In this document: piece after piece, positions 29,692-39,034 of the stretch
Position numbering within the stretch: position 1 is the stretch's first letter
Layout: each line of letters opens with the position of its first letter
Assembly (NCBI GenBank): GCA_019058445.1
Contig: JAHPZA010000004.1
Coordinates: 192,001-256,000, forward strand
From: Promethearchaeota archaeon
GTDB lineage: Archaea > Asgardarchaeota > Lokiarchaeia > Sigyniarchaeales > SOKP01
DNA: 64,000 bases
Reading direction: 5' to 3'
The notes under the pieces: model-generated
Database searches by the model: none
The model's input: only the letters and a program-made list of their open reading frames with translations
What the model was told of the DNA's origin: nothing
Made by a program: the position numbers and the translations under genes

Positions 29692-30147
29692 TTATATCCG
29701 ATTCTCTTTCTTTTGCTCTATAATTTTCTTCTTTATTAAACTTGAGGCATGGAGTTTAAATTTATCATAATATTTTTCTAGTCTTTTCACTTCTATATGA
29801 TTCATCCCTTTCATTCTAAGTGCATTTTGCAGCTTCTCAACACTAAACTTCTGATTTGGGCCTAAGAGTATAATGTCAGGGTCAATTTCTTGCACAGTTT
29901 TAAGAGTATCATTATCATGCCGTCCTAATTTGGCATCTTTCACATTTTTTATACTTTTTATCACTTCTAATCTCTGCTCTTCTGGGACAATAGGAGCAAC
30001 TCCAGAATAAGTTTCTCGATTTTTATCTGTTGCCAGGACCACATACACGTCTCCTAATTTAGCTGCTTCATTTATCAAAAAGATATGACCTGGATGTAAT
30101 ATATCGAAGGTACCGGCAATCATAACTTTTTTTTTATTTTTCTTCAT
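29692..30147 (-). CDS. ribL: FAD synthase (FMN adenylyltransferase)
   Basis: GTFDILHPGH, PDIILLGPNQ, SS.IK; adjacent to ribK. Confidence 0.88.
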   Translation of the reverse strand: MKKNKKKVMIAGTFDILHPGHIFLINEAAKLGDVYVVLATDKNRETYSGVAPIVPEEQRLEVIKSIKNVKDAKLGRHDNDTLKTVQEIDPDIILLGPNQKFSVEKLQNALRMKGMNHIEVKRLEKYYDKFKLHASSLIKKKIIEQKKENRI

Positions 30148-30170
30148 CTTTTTCTCTAACTTATTGCGAT

Positions 30171-31730
30171 TTAATCGACTTTTTTAAATGAAAGCCCTAC
30201 AAAAACGGGACCTCTAATATCAATTTTCTTCTGTTTGGAATGGATATATTCTAATATAATATCATCCACTTCAGTATTTATTTCAGAAGCTCTATAACAC
30301 ATCTTTACTCTATGTTCATAGTTAGATTTGTTTTGATCTAGCATAATTTCTATAAGATATGCCATTTCTGAAGCAATTCCTTCAAGATAAGTTTTTCCAC
30401 TATCGACTCCATCATCCAAAGTTTTTTCAGAAGCAAGTCCTATTATTTCACCATTTTTTACCCATATTTTATTCAATGCTGCAGGTCCCAAAAGTTTCAC
30501 ATTTTTATCTTTTTCCCATATGGAAACTTCAATTTTATTGTCTTTAATTGTTCCTCCCCACACTTTAATCTCTATAGGAGACTTTTCATCCTTATTCTCA
30601 ATGGCAGTATTAATAATCGCGTCCTTAATTTCAATACCCTTTTCTGTGAGCGGTATTTTTTGATATTTAATACCCTTGCTAATTTCTTCATCTGAAAATG
30701 AGATATCTTCATAAAAATAGGGATATACTAGCTTTCTAATGTCTTCAATTTCAGTTCTTATCATACAAATACGTTCTACTCCAAATCCAATATTGAACAC
30801 GGGATGTTCTATGTCATATTGGGCAAGACTCACGGGACTATAAAAACCTCCATCCCCAATTTCAATCCATTCTTTGGTTGTGGGGTGCTCTACAAAAATT
30901 TCAAATTCAGTTTGAGGGGCATAATATTTTGATGTAGCTTTTTTTATCTCGGATTTACTATTTTTAAAACCTAATTGCTCACATATCGTTTTTGCGATCT
31001 TTTGGCAATCTTCTAAAGATATTTCTTCAGTCATTATTACTAATGAAAGAGTATTTGAATCATATAAATGTGTGGCATCAATTTTTTGTTCTCGTCTGAA
31101 TTTTGGACAGATAGTAAAATATTGAAGAGGCATCCTTTTCTTTTTTTTTAATTCTGCCAAAACTTTAAACCAAAGTGCTGTAGTATGACTCCTTAAGGTG
31201 GTCTTCGTAGGGATGGGTCTTAACGCTTTTAATTCTGGAAATACTTTATCAATAATTTCTGAAGCCTGACTTTCTGAGACTAAAAATTCTTCAACTATAA
31301 ATTCTATCATATCGTCTGCTTCAATATCTCCAGTTTTATACATTCGAAAGAGATCTTTTAATTTTTCAATATTGGCTATATCCGGAACGATTTGTTTAAC
31401 TCGGTCTATTTTTTCCTTTGAAATTCCAATATCAGGGCGTGGGAGCCCGGCTAAATAAAACAACCTATCAAGAATTAATGCCGCTTCTGGGCCGTATTGC
31501 TTATATATTTCGTCCTCTTCAACAAACATAGGCAAAACTACTTCTTCAAACCCTAAGGCAATCATCTGTAATCTCGCATCAGAGATAAAATCATTTACTG
31601 GATGAGTTTTAGCTTTACTTTGAAGATTAAAATAATTTCCACTTAATTTTAAAAGTTCCCTTGTTTCTAACCATGCCTTTTCATAATTACTTTTTGCTTG
31701 TCTTTTAATAGACTCAGTATCGAAGGGCAT
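30171..31730 (-). CDS. sepS: O-phosphoserine--tRNA(Cys) ligase
   Basis: YKQYGPEAALILDRLFYLAGLPRPDIG, LRSHTTA.WF, FRREQ..DATHL, GFGVER, IDIRGPVF. Confidence 0.95.
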   Translation of the reverse strand: MPFDTESIKRQAKSNYEKAWLETRELLKLSGNYFNLQSKAKTHPVNDFISDARLQMIALGFEEVVLPMFVEEDEIYKQYGPEAALILDRLFYLAGLPRPDIGISKEKIDRVKQIVPDIANIEKLKDLFRMYKTGDIEADDMIEFIVEEFLVSESQASEIIDKVFPELKALRPIPTKTTLRSHTTALWFKVLAELKKKKRMPLQYFTICPKFRREQKIDATHLYDSNTLSLVIMTEEISLEDCQKIAKTICEQLGFKNSKSEIKKATSKYYAPQTEFEIFVEHPTTKEWIEIGDGGFYSPVSLAQYDIEHPVFNIGFGVERICMIRTEIEDIRKLVYPYFYEDISFSDEEISKGIKYQKIPLTEKGIEIKDAIINTAIENKDEKSPIEIKVWGGTIKDNKIEVSIWEKDKNVKLLGPAALNKIWVKNGEIIGLASEKTLDDGVDSGKTYLEGIASEMAYLIEIMLDQNKSNYEHRVKMCYRASEINTEVDDIILEYIHSKQKKIDIRGPVFVGLSFKKVD

Positions 31731-31747
31731 TCTTAAACCTTATAGAA

Positions 31748-32389
31748 TTATTTTTTATTTGTATTATTATCTTGCACGTTGGTCTCAATACATTCTCTTA
31801 AGCTATTCATTTGAAGAGAAATGGAGATATCTCCTCTCGTTTTTTCTATAATATTTCTAGCTTGATCAGTTTTATGTCTTAAGTCTTGTGTAACACCTGA
31901 GGGATAATCCAAAGAAAAAAGATAAGTATAAATTTCATCCATACTTTCTAAAATTTCATTAAGATCATCAATTTGAGAATTTCTAATGTTATCTAAAACG
32001 TATCTACGTAATTCTCCAACTACATCTGCCAAACCTAGCGCATAATTTAACGGGTAGATTTTTAATACTTTCGGAAGGGGCAGATCTTTTTTCTTAATAA
32101 TAGAAAAAAATGATACAGCCTCAGCGTATTCTTGCTCTGGAGTTTTTAAATACTTGAAAAACACTCCGATATTTTTATTAACTAATGATACCAGTTTTTC
32201 ATGGGTTACTTGCACTTTATCAATTTTTTCTTGATACTGGTTAAACTCTCTTCTGTGGATATGCTTAATAGCAACACTACAATCCCGAATTATATATCGA
32301 GAGATTTTTAAAATCTCTTCTCTATCTTGATCTAATTTATCTAATGCCTCAGTTAATTCTGAGAAAATATTATTAAGATTCATACTCAC
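31748..32389 (-). CDS. Translin/TRAX-family protein (C3PO-like)
   Basis: DQDREEILKISR, QEYAEA, YALGLADVVGELRR, LRHKTD.AR..IEKT. Confidence 0.9.
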   Translation of the reverse strand: MSMNLNNIFSELTEALDKLDQDREEILKISRYIIRDCSVAIKHIHRREFNQYQEKIDKVQVTHEKLVSLVNKNIGVFFKYLKTPEQEYAEAVSFFSIIKKKDLPLPKVLKIYPLNYALGLADVVGELRRYVLDNIRNSQIDDLNEILESMDEIYTYLFSLDYPSGVTQDLRHKTDQARNIIEKTRGDISISLQMNSLRECIETNVQDNNTNKK

Positions 32390-32524
32390 GATGTTTTGAA
32401 AAATGCGATAAAAATTTTAGTAATGATTAATTTTGATTTTAAATATAATTAATTATCATACTTCTAAAAATATTTAGAATTTTTTATTAGAACTAGTATA
32501 GAAAAATAAAGATTAAAGATTATT

Positions 32525-34585
32525 ATGAAGATTTTATTAATACATTCAGACGGTGTTGAAGTTGTTAAGCATAAACCAGCTACAAGTGAACCTCAAGAAT
32601 TTCCCGAAGATATCATAAAAATGGATGGTTTGGTACTTGTAGCTTATGTATCTGTTGAGGACCAAGATACATATGACACGGATATAATTGCACAGCAAGG
32701 AGCCCAAGTGATAGAAGAGGCAATCTATCAAATAACCGGTTTTCCCGAAAAAGTTAGAGAAAAAAATGAAGAAATAAGACAATATAATACAGATATTGAA
32801 GCGGGTAAAATAAAGGGAAAAACTAGGAATTATATAGAATTAATCAAAGAAAGAGATATGTATCTTGTCGATAAGGTATTAATATATCCATGGGCCCATT
32901 TAAGTAAATTTTTAAGTCATGAATCAAACGCCATGGATGTATGTCCTAAAATTGCGAAAATTTTGGAGGATAAAGGAATCGAGGCGAAATTTTCTCCGTT
33001 TGGATGGTATAAATCTTTCAAAATCAATTGTATTGGTCATGAAGTTGCAGAAATGTATCGAGATGTTAAGTTAGCTATTAAACCTGAGGAGCAAATTAAA
33101 AATTCTATGTTTAAAGTGGTAACAACCTCAGGGAAGGAGATTGATTTAAAATTTGATAAACAAGGGAAATTTTTACCCTTAAAAGAAATTAAGGACAAAG
33201 ATTTTAATTTGTTCCTAAAATCTGAACTAGGTTCTAGGACAATAGATAAGGCAATCGAACCGGCCCATATAAAAGTAATGAAAGAATTTGAGCTCGTGGA
33301 TTTTGATCCTAATACTGATGCGGGAAATTTTCGATGGTATACGAAAGGTGTCATCATGAAAAATTTAATAAAGAATTTCATAGAAGATAGATTAATAGAT
33401 TATGGGGCAGTTCTCATTGATACTCCAATAATGTATACTGTAAAAAATAAGAAGTTAACTGCTCAAACAGCTCGATTCCCGGCAAGGAGTTATTGGGTTG
33501 AATCTGGAAGTGATAGATACCTATTAAGATATGCTTCTGATTTTTTATTATTTGATCTATTTAGTAGTATGAATTTAAAACCTCAATATTTACCATTACG
33601 AGCATATGAATATGAACAATATGATTTTCGAAGAGAACAAGAAGGCGAATTATCAGGGATAAGGCGATTACGGGGATTTATCATGCCGGACATGCATACT
33701 CTTTGCAAGGATTTAGAATCTTCAGTTAAAGAGTTTAAACTCCAATATGAGTTAATAAAGAATCTGGAACAAGATTTAGGAATCACAAGTTATGTTATAT
33801 TTAGAGCAACTACGGAGTTTTATAAAGAAAATAAAGATTGGATTATTGAATTAATTAAATCTGAAGAAAAACCCGCCTTAATCGAATTATGGGATGATAG
33901 ATATTATTATTATATACTAAAATTTGAGAGAAATGTACTTTCAGCGGAAAATAAAAGCGCAACTTTAGCGACAAATCAAATAGATGTAGAAAGTTCCTTA
34001 GAATTTATGGAAGATTCTGAGGGGAAGAAGAGGCAAAAGTACAATATCCATTTTACTGATGTAGATGGCCAAATTAAATATCCTATTATTCTTCATAATT
34101 CACCTACAGGTGGTTTAGAGAGAGTGTTATGGGGATTAATTGAAACAGCTGTAAGAAATAAGGATACAATTGTACCAGGATTTAAAACATGGATATCCCC
34201 TATTCAAGTGAGGTTACTTACCGTAAGTGATAAGCAAAATGAATATGCTGAAAAGCTCTTAGATGTTTTAAATAGAGAAGGGTATCGGGTCGATTTTGAT
34301 GATAGAGAAGAAACTTTAGGGAAAAAAATAAGACAATCCGAAGTTGATTGGATACCATATACTGTGATATTAGGGAAAAATGAGGAAGAAGGTGAAACAG
34401 TCTCTATTCGAAAGAGACTAATTGGAAAATCTTTCGGACCTAAAAAAAAAACTTCTGAACAATTTAATAATATTAAGCTCGAAGAATTCTTAGAAATGCT
34501 CCGAGATGATACAAGGAATTTTCCAAAATATAAACTACCTATCCCATTTAGAAAGTATTCTACAAAAGTATCATTTCGAAAATGA
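32525..34585 (+). CDS. thrS: Threonine--tRNA ligase, archaeal type with N-terminal editing domain
   Basis: MKILLIHSD, YPWAHLS, PFGWYK.F...C.GH, FRREQ.GE..GIRRLR.F.MPDMH, ILH.SPTGG.ER. Confidence 0.97.
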   Translation: MKILLIHSDGVEVVKHKPATSEPQEFPEDIIKMDGLVLVAYVSVEDQDTYDTDIIAQQGAQVIEEAIYQITGFPEKVREKNEEIRQYNTDIEAGKIKGKTRNYIELIKERDMYLVDKVLIYPWAHLSKFLSHESNAMDVCPKIAKILEDKGIEAKFSPFGWYKSFKINCIGHEVAEMYRDVKLAIKPEEQIKNSMFKVVTTSGKEIDLKFDKQGKFLPLKEIKDKDFNLFLKSELGSRTIDKAIEPAHIKVMKEFELVDFDPNTDAGNFRWYTKGVIMKNLIKNFIEDRLIDYGAVLIDTPIMYTVKNKKLTAQTARFPARSYWVESGSDRYLLRYASDFLLFDLFSSMNLKPQYLPLRAYEYEQYDFRREQEGELSGIRRLRGFIMPDMHTLCKDLESSVKEFKLQYELIKNLEQDLGITSYVIFRATTEFYKENKDWIIELIKSEEKPALIELWDDRYYYYILKFERNVLSAENKSATLATNQIDVESSLEFMEDSEGKKRQKYNIHFTDVDGQIKYPIILHNSPTGGLERVLWGLIETAVRNKDTIVPGFKTWISPIQVRLLTVSDKQNEYAEKLLDVLNREGYRVDFDDREETLGKKIRQSEVDWIPYTVILGKNEEEGETVSIRKRLIGKSFGPKKKTSEQFNNIKLEEFLEMLRDDTRNFPKYKLPIPFRKYSTKVSFRK

Positions 34586-34594
34586 ATTACATGT

Positions 34595-35227
34595 TTGAGA
34601 TACATGACAATTAAAGCTATAATTTTTGATTTAGGTGGAGTTATTGTAGACTTAGATTTCTCAAATTTTTACAACAGAATAATTACTCTATCACCATTAA
34701 ACAAACCTGAAACTCCAATCATGTTGGAGTTCTTCAGACAATCAGATATTTATCATCAAGGAAATATGAGTGATGATGAATTCTACCAACTTGCCTGTGA
34801 ACTATTACAAGTTTGCGCATTAAATCAGCAAGAATTTTTTGACGCGTTTAATAGCATCATTGCGGGTTTTAACCATGAAATCAAAGAATTGTTACAAAAA
34901 TTGAAAAATAGTAATTCTTATAAGTTAATTGCTTTATCAAACGTAAATTCAAGTCATTGGGATTATTTATTGAATCAAAAATGGGGATTTCTTGAATTTT
35001 TTGATGAATTGATACTTTCCCATGAAGTTCATATGACCAAACCTGAGAAGAGGATCTTTGATCATACTATTGAAAAAGCGGGATGTAAACCGGAAGAGAT
35101 TTTGTTTATTGATGATGGTCTTAATAATGTAGTATCTGCGAAGAAATTAGGAATAATAGGAATTCATTTTTCCACAGCAAAGGATTTGATTGAGGAGTTA
35201 AGAAAATTAGGGATAAAAATTGATTGA
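34595..35227 (+). CDS. HAD-family phosphatase
   Basis: IFDLGGV, LSN, KP...IF, FIDD. Confidence 0.92.
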   Translation: MRYMTIKAIIFDLGGVIVDLDFSNFYNRIITLSPLNKPETPIMLEFFRQSDIYHQGNMSDDEFYQLACELLQVCALNQQEFFDAFNSIIAGFNHEIKELLQKLKNSNSYKLIALSNVNSSHWDYLLNQKWGFLEFFDELILSHEVHMTKPEKRIFDHTIEKAGCKPEEILFIDDGLNNVVSAKKLGIIGIHFSTAKDLIEELRKLGIKID

Positions 35228-35285
35228 AAGAGTTTAACATTAAATTATCTTAAAAAACTAAAAAAAATGTGAGTTAGACTTGAAA

Positions 35286-35813
35286 TTATTCGATTAAAAC
35301 ACTTTCGAGGCATGCTTTTGCGATCTTTTTAAATGCCAACTCTACGTTATTTCCTGTTTTTGCTGATGTTTCCAGATACTCACCACCTAACCTTTTTGCT
35401 AAATCTTCTGCCTCTGCTTGATCAACTTGGCGTTTTAAATCTGATTTATTACCCAAAATTATCATGGGAATAGATTTTTTTACGGTCTTTTTAATAGAGC
35501 TTACCCATCCTGGCAACTTAAGTAATGATGGTAAGTTGTCAAGTGCAAAGACGCCAAGAGCAGCATTACTCCCCTTAAAATAAATTGTCCGTAGTTTAGC
35601 AAATTGAGCTTGACCCCCAATATCCCATAAAAGTAATCTGAGGTTTATATCATCAATTTTTACATCTTTAATAAGAAAATTGGTTCCAATGGTCTTAATT
35701 AAATTTTCCTCAAATTTATCTTGAACATAACGAATTAAAAGCGAGGTTTTACCAACGCCACCAGCACCATAAATACAAATCTTAAATTTATAACTTTCCT
35801 CTATATCAGAGAT
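35286..35813 (-). CDS. Rab-like small GTPase (175 aa; the ORF track shows only the last 76 aa)
   Basis: Manual translation: YKFKICIYGAGGVGKTS (G1), TIG (G2), WDIGGQ (G3), GNKSD (G4), ETSAK (G5); start inferred at ATC 35813. Confidence 0.9.
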   Translation of the reverse strand: MSDIEESYKFKICIYGAGGVGKTSLLIRYVQDKFEENLIKTIGTNFLIKDVKIDDINLRLLLWDIGGQAQFAKLRTIYFKGSNAALGVFALDNLPSLLKLPGWVSSIKKTVKKSIPMIILGNKSDLKRQVDQAEAEDLAKRLGGEYLETSAKTGNNVELAFKKIAKACLESVLIE

Positions 35814-36078
35814 CGTGAAAACCCTTTTTAAGTTATTTCAAATTGAATTTGATATTGATTTACTTTTTCTTTCTATATTTGATCTATTTCACTATATATT
35901 TATATGTTTATTCTAGATTATCAAAATGAATGGATATGGAAAGGGAGACACCGCAGAAAACAAGTGAAGAATTAGAGCAATTTAACAAAAACTTAACAAT
36001 TTCTTTGTTCTATATAATAAAACTGATTTATCATTTTGAAAATAGATGAAATAAGTTCCATATGACGGATTCTGTGCT

Positions 36079-37509
36079 TTATTGTTCTTTATCTTTGTCT
36101 TTTTTAACTATTTCTTTAGTTTTTTCTTTAATCTTATGACTCTCTTTTTTAATATAATCTTCTGTTTTTTTAATCTCTTTAGATATAAATTCTTCAGTCT
36201 TTTTAATTTCTTTAGATATAAATTCTTCGGTCCTTTTAACTTCTTCAACCACCTTTTCTCCAGTTTTCTGTCCAACCCTGCCGATTTGTATCATAAACCA
36301 TTCTGGGGAGCCAACTCCATTTCCGTACTCATTCCAGAAGTACATGAAGAACCCACAAAATCCTATATACCCAAGCACAACGAAAACTATAATTACAATA
36401 TTAAATTGTCCTATGAAAATGGGTAAAAATACAAAATGGATTAAAAAAAGGCTCAATGAAACTTTCCCATAATAAATTATCATGCTAGTAAATTGATTAT
36501 CCTTTTTCTTAATATCAATGAGATAAAAACAGATAGCAATTATAAGCAATGCTGCACCCATGTTATAGAACATATTTCCAATTGTACCCCTTATTAAGAA
36601 TTCAGGCATACCTGGGAACTTATAATAGTCTTGTTGATTCATCATCGTATATAACCTTAAGTGCGGATACTCGGATTCGGGTAATGTTTCAGGAGTTTGT
36701 AATTGCCAACCTGTTATTAATCCTACAACTAAAAGAACAGTCCCCCATATCATAAATTGTCGAAATAAATGCCAATACGCCTCTTCGGTTCCTTCGATCA
36801 TCGCATTGTAAAGAATTTCACCGAATATAGTCGAAATAAAACATATCGATAACCAGGGTAAAAGAGTTAATTCTGGGGTTGGTGAGGTAATAATGAAGTG
36901 TAATATAAATATTAATAGACTTGAATCCTTTTCAATATAAAGAAACATCCTAAGGGTTGGCGAGATCAAAATAATTAATACGCCTATTAGCGCCCGGAGC
37001 AATTTTTTTAATTTTAATGCATAATAAGAAGCTATTTGAGAGAATCCAATGAACATTAATATATTCCATCCCCAAAGATTCATAGGAAATGGAATATCCG
37101 GACGTGTTACAGTCACTCCTATTAAATTAAATAACACTCCTATAACCATAATTGAAATTCCCCTTGAAAAAATACGTGCACGAATAACTTTTTCAGGCAA
37201 CTTTCCCTTTTTGCGCCTAATGCTAAATATAACACTGAGCGCGGAAAGAAAAACGAATAGTGAAGGTCCTAATATATCTAGCGCAGAATAAACCATCCCA
37301 TTTAAGAAAATCCAATCGCGATCAAACCAAAAAAGAGTTGAGTGACAGATTATAATAAAGATCATGGCAAATCCTTTCACAAAATCGATGGATTCAATTC
37401 TTTGAGGGCTTGCATAATCTCTCATATCTTCGATTGGTATCTCTTCCTTTAAATAACTAAGAAGATCTTCAGATTTGGAATCCTTTTCTGTTATATTTTC
37501 TGATGACAT
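36079..37509 (-). CDS. DUF1624/HGSNAT-like membrane acyltransferase with a C-terminal 11-aa repeat tail
   Basis: 'RIESIDFVKGFAMIFIIICH', 'FVFLS..S', 'ILMFIG', 'LLPWL', 'YGKVSLSLFLIH'. Confidence 0.8.
   Translation of the reverse strand: MSSENITEKDSKSEDLLSYLKEEIPIEDMRDYASPQRIESIDFVKGFAMIFIIICHSTLFWFDRDWIFLNGMVYSALDILGPSLFVFLSALSVIFSIRRKKGKLPEKVIRARIFSRGISIMVIGVLFNLIGVTVTRPDIPFPMNLWGWNILMFIGFSQIASYYALKLKKLLRALIGVLIILISPTLRMFLYIEKDSSLLIFILHFIITSPTPELTLLPWLSICFISTIFGEILYNAMIEGTEEAYWHLFRQFMIWGTVLLVVGLITGWQLQTPETLPESEYPHLRLYTMMNQQDYYKFPGMPEFLIRGTIGNMFYNMGAALLIIAICFYLIDIKKKDNQFTSMIIYYGKVSLSLFLIHFVFLPIFIGQFNIVIIVFVVLGYIGFCGFFMYFWNEYGNGVGSPEWFMIQIGRVGQKTGEKVVEEVKRTEEFISKEIKKTEEFISKEIKKTEDYIKKESHKIKEKTKEIVKKDKDKEQ
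36145..36243 (-). repeat. Three tandem 33-bp (11-aa) coding repeats E(V/I)K(R/K)TE(E/D)(F/Y)I(S/K)K
   Basis: Directly visible in both protein and DNA. Confidence 0.9.
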
Positions 37510-37690
37510 TTTTACTATTAATAATAAAACGTTTTCATATAAAAATCTAAAAAAAAATTAATATTTACTGAATTTATTTTATAATTGATTGATTTATTTT
37601 TTAACAATAACAAGTCACAATTAATATTAATTAGATGTTCACCAATATATATATTTCAAAATAAAGTAATTCTACAAAAATAGCAAAAAG

Positions 37691-38116
37691 ATGACTCCAA
37701 TGAATTATAAAGAGAAATCATTGAACTTTCTAGATTATAGATTAGTAGGATTAGTTGGATCTATAATATTAATAGTTTCTGAGTTTTTAACTTGGTTATC
37801 TGAATTTTCATTATTTGATATATATATTTTTTATACGATTACAAGGGTCGAGCAATCCTTTATCTTTTTATTTCCATTAATCAGCGGTATCATTTGCTTG
37901 ATAGCAAGTCTTTTAATCATATCCAATCTTGAATATAAAATCAATTCAGTTATTATAACTAGTATAGGTTTAGGGTTTCTTACCCTTTTTTTGGTTGATT
38001 TTATCCCAGGAGAATTATTTTATCTTTCAAAAGCGGGGATTGGTTTTTATTTATGTATTGCGGGATTTGTAATATTGATTTTACATATAATTTTGATATT
38101 AATTTCAAAAGAATAA
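37691..38116 (+). CDS. Hypothetical 4-TM membrane protein
   Basis: Hydrophobic, 'GIGFYL' near the C-terminus. Confidence 0.75.
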   Translation: MTPMNYKEKSLNFLDYRLVGLVGSIILIVSEFLTWLSEFSLFDIYIFYTITRVEQSFIFLFPLISGIICLIASLLIISNLEYKINSVIITSIGLGFLTLFLVDFIPGELFYLSKAGIGFYLCIAGFVILILHIILILISKE

Positions 38117-38137
38117 CGATTGGGAAGGTAATTATCT

Positions 38138-39034
38138 ATTAACGAGGACAAGGAAGAAAATTCAAAAGTCAACAACAATCAAGATTTAGAATCGAGTTTC
38201 TATTATGCGTTAAGCCATGAAATTCGCAGAAAAATCATCCAAATTATTGGTGAGAATGAATTTTCTTCTTTTACATCCTTAAAGAAAGCACTAAAAGTGA
38301 GTACTGGTACAATATATCATCATTTGGATTCCTTATCTCAATTAATTGAGCAGGGAAAGAATAAAAAATATTATCTTACAGATTTTGGAGTTCATGCATA
38401 TAATTCTCTAAAGGAAAATATAGAAGTCATGGAGTCATCAAAATTTTCTAAAGGAGATTATAATTCTCCTCTTTTAAAATTTTTGTTTGCATTAACACCA
38501 ATAAAATTTATTGCGTTCGAGGAAAAGGACAAAAAGTATAATGCGGTAATATCTTTTGCAATCCTAATAATAGGAACGATCTTATGTGGATTAAATGGAT
38601 TTTATTCACTTTTACTATTTTTCATTAAGACTTCTGAAGATATCTACAAATTAACACTCATATCTCATGTGGTTCTTTCTGTAATATTCATTGTAAATTT
38701 CCTTTTGTATTTTTTGCTCGTGGAACTATTCTGTAGGTTATTTTATAGAAAAAAGGGAAACACATTTAATTTTTTTCTCTCTTTTCCTATTATATTATAC
38801 CCGATGGTGATTTATTTATTCATTCATTTCATTTTACTTTCAACAGGATTAATTCGAATAACCTATATTAATTTTTTAGATACTGTTTTGCTCATATTCT
38901 TTCAAATTTTATCATTATGGCTCTTGACGTATAATTTAAAAGTGAGTAAGGATTTAAAAATTGAGCGAGGCTTGATTATTGCCTTATTGCTTCATTACGG
39001 TAGCTTTACCGTAGTTTTATTATTATCTATTTAA
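38138..39034 (+). CDS. ArsR-like winged-helix domain fused to a multi-TM domain (membrane-bound regulator)
   Basis: The frame is open upstream of GTG 38297 and encodes 'FYYALSHEIRRKIIQII....SFTSLKKALKVSTGTIYHHL'; start inferred at ATT 38138. Confidence 0.8.
   Translation: MNEDKEENSKVNNNQDLESSFYYALSHEIRRKIIQIIGENEFSSFTSLKKALKVSTGTIYHHLDSLSQLIEQGKNKKYYLTDFGVHAYNSLKENIEVMESSKFSKGDYNSPLLKFLFALTPIKFIAFEEKDKKYNAVISFAILIIGTILCGLNGFYSLLLFFIKTSEDIYKLTLISHVVLSVIFIVNFLLYFLLVELFCRLFYRKKGNTFNFFLSFPIILYPMVIYLFIHFILLSTGLIRITYINFLDTVLLIFFQILSLWLLTYNLKVSKDLKIERGLIIALLLHYGSFTVVLLLSI

Noticed and set aside
35814-35840. Selenocysteine or stop-codon read-through of the TGA upstream of the GTPase (and of the kinase at 49240)
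   Set aside because: The upstream sequence looks intergenic (further in-frame stops are present upstream of the kinase), the TGAs are not at Cys-equivalent positions, and SD plus ATC explains both genes more simply.
35936-36049. 37-codon + strand ORF (MERETPQKTSEELEQF...)
   Set aside because: No motif, no SD and no operon context.
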